In this document: in pieces, positions 38,754 through 42,917 of the stretch
Position numbering within the stretch: the stretch's first letter is position 1
Layout: each line of letters starts with the position of its first letter
Assembly: GCA_000934665.2 (NCBI GenBank)
Contig: KZ539041.1
Location: forward strand, 62,001-104,917
Direction: 5' to 3'
DNA: 42,917 nt
Source of the DNA: Catajapyx aquilonaris
Lineage: Eukaryota
Notes under the pieces: model-generated
What the model saw: only the letters and a program-made list of their open reading frames with translations
The model's database searches: none
Told to the model about the DNA's origin: nothing
Program-made: the position numbers and the translations under genes

Positions 38754-41489
38754 CAGCTGGTTTAATTTTCAGGTACCTTCTATAAGCGAGGTCCGCATCA
38801 CAAAAGTTTTTTGATGTTTAAAAAAAAAAACTGGTATGCAAGTGCGTCACTCTACGCTTTTATTTCGGGAGTTGCTGACTCAGACGGGAGTGCTTTTTTT
38901 TGTGTGTGGAAAAGGGCGGGTTCTGTGCGTAACGCTTTTTTTATATATATAACTTCGGGTAAGTCATGACATTAAGATGACATCAAAGCCGTGCTTGCTG
39001 CTTGTCACGCTCGGTGCATTTTTCCCCTCCAATGTTATATTCACGGCCAGATCATATGCATGTTTCTAAGGGGGTGACAAAAAAATACTAGGAACCCTCA
39101 GGGTCGTTCCGCGCCCGGAATAAACCTGCCCTGAATAATAATATTTTCAGAACCAGTAACAAAAAATCGGTTGCATGTCCATCAATGTAAACTTGGTTAG
39201 AAACGTACAGAACAGTTCAGTCGGTCTTCCTCCCTCCCCCCCTCCAAAATTTTTTGATGTGATTTGAAAAATCACGTCTTCGGCAATCAGCTATAGGGGG
39301 AGGAGGAAGACCCCCCCCCCCCNCCCCCCCCCCCCAATTCGCTTTACGAAATATCTAATGTAGTTATATCTATATAGACTGCGCGTTTCCTTCTTTACCA
39401 GTAACTGGAATTATGGGTGGAAAATTGGGTTGCTAGAGTCGGGATGCGTGAAACCACGAAAGAGTATAAATAGGAAGGCGATTGAAATAGTGCGTGTGTT
39501 GTGTTTTTTTTTCTGAAGAAATGTTTGCCAGCTTGCTTTCGGAAGGGAGTGATGATGCCACCTGCTGCTCTCCGGAAGGGTCCATCTTAGGGGGAAAAAA
39601 TAGCCGTCAGTTGGAAGGCAGTTAGTAGTATCCCCTAGTCACGACTTGGGAGGAAACTATAACCAGTAGCAGGAAAAGCCATAAAAAAATTTGAGAACTT
39701 CGCAAAAATAAGCGCCACGTGTGGTATGTTTGACAAAAATGTTCTCCTACTGAGTAGTTTTTTTTTTAAGTTAAAAATGTGGCCTCCAGGGTTCACTCCA
39801 CGTGAGGTACCATCTGCGTGACTACATTTTTCGTCCCTACCAACATCTTCAAGTTACTTTTTTGTTGTTTTTAGTGGGGGAGGCCCTCCCAAGGCGGAAT
39901 ATTTTTTTGTGCTCATATTGCGCTTGATTGCTGTTAAGGCAAGTGGACTCCTTAGGCTCATTTCCCTCTACTTGAAAGAATCCCTAAGTCGATGACCTCA
40001 TCTAGAAAAAAAAGGCGGGGTTTAAAAAAAAAATTGTTTTAAATATTATAATTACCGCGTTTTTATATTGGGTGTCGAGACCCCTTAATGATGACCGACA
40101 TTTTTGCAGCCTAGGCAATATGCGCACTGTTGAGAAATTTTTGCGAACATGTGCGAAAAGGGTGGTTCGAAACAGCGTGGGTCGTAAAAGATGTTTGTAA
40201 GTTGTCAAGGGCAAGTTCTATCTGCGGTTAGATAGTTTTCGCAAACTGTGGTTTTGTGCTTCCCGGATTTTACGGGTTTCCGCTCGGTTTTTTTTTTGTG
40301 GTCTTCCCCAGTCTACTAAAAACGTAAGGGCTGAGCTATAAATTGAATGTTGTGTAGTTAAACAAGTAATTTTAACAAAATCTTGCAGCTGTCCTCTAGG
40401 GCGTGTGGGAGTGGGGTCAACACATGTCATATGACAAAAAAAGGGACCTTTTGCCCTGTAGATTCCAAACGGTGATATTGTTGAGTGACAATAATGGTCA
40501 AAATAGTGAATGAGTCAGACGCTGTACGTGGCACTATTTTTGCAATTTCAACAATGACGTAATCCTGCCTGGCATCCACCCGTCCAACCTCCTATGCCTG
40601 CCAGCTCCATTTTTGCTGACCGTTTTGCCACTTTGCTTATCTGCACGGAAATGATCTCACCAACCTGAAACCCCAGACCGAACAAAACGTTAAGGTCAGC
40701 TACACGAGCACATTATCACCCACATTTAGGTTTTATGTTTGCAGAACAGGAGTCGGCCTGCTGTGTGCAATGACGTCAGCAAGTTGACCCGCGGTGTAAC
40801 ATACACATACAAAAAAAAAGCAAAACAAAAGGTCAGACGTCCGCTTCCAACAGACTGTAAGTCTATTATCATATTTAATTACAGTTTTTTTTTTTAAATC
40901 CGCATGTGGGCCGCAATTTGCATGGCGAAGAATATTCTCAATGCGACATTCGCATAGCGTTCGTTAAAATCGGTGCGAAGTTTCGCGATAACTGTTAACA
41001 GCAATCGGGTATGCTGTGCGAAACTCGCAATGTGAATAGTGATGAATATCACATTGCGAAATGCATGATTGTTTTGTAAAAGTAAGATGGTAATGTTGCC
41101 GTTCGATTTTTATAGGCCACGTCAAATGTGCCGTAACCAGTAATCTGTTCTTTTCCCACCTCAACGACATTTATCTCGCAAGACTTTCTTTATTAGAGCA
41201 CTGACCCGATTCTAAATTGCTGACCCCTGACCTGTCCAGAAAGTAAATTGTCCAACAGCTAATGACAGTGTCGAAGGTTAGTCAAGGCTAGCTCTTTTTT
41301 TGTCTCTATTCCCACTCGCCCTCCCCCCCACCTTTAATATCGCCATAGTCTTCCATCCACCACATTTTTAAACAAATTGTCCACTGGCGTCGTCATGAGC
41401 GCCATCTTTGTAATTGCATAAAAAAATGGCGGCTCGGAAGAAGAAGGAAGAAAAAGACCGCAGGGTTGGCGAGGTGGGAAAGCGGCACG

Positions 41490-41570
41490 TGGCATGAGTC
41501 GAGAGCGAGGTATAGAGTTCCTACGTAACTTATAAGGTAGGAACTTCATACCGTGCTCTTGGTCATGCCA
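41490..41570 (+). ncRNA. mir-276: microRNA miR-276 precursor hairpin (5p 41504-41525, 3p 41538-41559)
   Basis: 41538-41559 TAGGAACTTCATACCGTGCTCT matches the conserved miR-276(a)-3p as I recall it; 41504-41525 AGCGAGGTATAGAGTTCCTACG matches the conserved star arm. The arms pair, and a lower stem TGGCATGA/TCATGCCA extends the hairpin. Basal UG at -14 (41490-41491) and CNNC (CAGC, 41576-41579) at +17 are both present. Confidence 0.98.
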
Positions 41571-42917
41571 GACTACAGCATTCAGGGTGCCAACCTGCGC
41601 GAAATGGCTGCTTTGTATATACAAAATGGCGGCTCATTTTTAGGCGCGAATAGTGGCCAATTTTTGAATTATAATCGGATAAATTTTTTTGTGGTAGGCA
41701 CAGGTTTGTATTTCACAGTTCCTCATGCTTAGCAGAGACCAACTTCATGGCTCACAGCCCTGAAATCTTTTTTCCATTAACGAATCTCGCAAAAAGTCAC
41801 CCCTCTCGAAGGGAATCAATAGCAAATGTCGCTTTTTTTTGTTTAGAAAAAAATATATAAGAATTTAAGAGTCTGGCAACTGTGGGTGCCAGACATGTTT
41901 GGCGACATTAGACAGAGTATACATTGTGCGGATGTGGCAGGACTTGTGGTTCACACTTGAATTGTTAATACGAAAGGCGGATGGAAGCCGTAAGAAACAG
42001 GATGTGAGTCGCGCAGCCATTTTTCTCGGAAGGTTGAGGGAAACACTTCTAGAAGTCTTATCAGCGACCTTTGGTATGGCAAAAAAAAGGTGGTTAGGAG
42101 GGGAGTAGGAGGTGGGCAACCCTTTGGCCTTTTGGAGAAACAACTTAATTTTGCATGAATGCGACGCCGAAAGGAAACGAGGGAAAAAGTCAGTGCTGGT
42201 CTTTTTTTTATTAAATGAGTTATGTTGATGACTAACACGAGTGTCTTTTCAGATGGAGAAGTCCTTTTTTTCTTCCCGCAGCAGCCCGCATTTCATGGAC
42301 AATGTTCAATTGTTAGTAATGTAAAAAAGAATTCGTATATTGTTCAGATGTAATAAACATGTCATTGAAGCTTGAGTTTGTTGCTTTACTGTTGTGTATA
42401 CCTTTACGTCGTCACTGGAGCATACTGTTTTCAGAGAGGATCATTCAACCTGGTGAGCCGTTCACATCAAAAAATGGATTAATCTGATTATTATAACCAG
42501 CAGGCGTGTAAAAGACAGATATTCGGATTAATCAGTGTTGGTGGGAAAGTCTAGTAATTATCAGACTGAGCTGGGGTCTTATCATCACTTGGGACGAGCG
42601 GATTGTAGACTATATAAAAAAAAAGGTAAGACCTACCTGTATACCCACGTGCACACCACACCAGTAATAAATGCTTATCTTAGAATTAGAGCATCATACT
42701 GACGAACGAGACCTGTAATTGAACATTGGTGCATGTGGTTACAAGTTAATATTAGAGTCGAAATTACAGGTAGGGTGATATTCCACTTGTCATTTGAGTC
42801 CGTATACAAACCTAGGTTGGGCCTAAAAATTGCATGATTTTCCCGCCTTTTATTCAGACCGGAGGGAGAAATCAGTGGACACGCTGTCCAATTCTCAGAA
42901 ACGGTGATGAGTATAAT

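Noticed and set aside
7876..39323. Single N bases inside G/C homopolymers at many positions
   Set aside because: Sequencing or assembly uncertainty at homopolymers, not biology.
39549..39555. C/D snoRNA box C (GTGATGA)
   Set aside because: No appropriately spaced box D (CTGA) with a terminal stem was seen.
41717..41723. miR-276 seed-match site AGTTCCT in its own transcript
   Set aside because: A given 7-mer is expected a few times per 43 kb by chance.

Overview
Eukaryotic genomic DNA, almost certainly from an arthropod or other panarthropod. It behaves as a gene desert: none of the listed ORFs looks like a real protein-coding gene. The anchor is an unambiguous miR-276 precursor on the + strand (41490-41570; mature 3p TAGGAACTTCATACCGTGCTCT, star AGCGAGGTATAGAGTTCCTACG). 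About 3.2 kb upstream is a GC/CpG-rich promoter-like region with GC boxes, CCAAT boxes and an Inr plus correctly spaced DPE-like element, a candidate pri-miR-276 start. Immediately downstream of it is the most unusual object in the window: a 71-nt tRNA-like cloverleaf with a 2-nt-contracted anticodon arm (38683-38753). It is enclosed by two long complementary stems (38568-38852), and the outer stem overlaps a candidate 5' splice site. The remaining ~38 kb holds several MITE/foldback elements, decayed LINE and possible DNA-transposase fossils, mini- and microsatellites, a 128-bp tandem duplication, enhancer-like motif clusters and a 298-bp N gap. Everything was read by eye; no folding programs or database searches were run.
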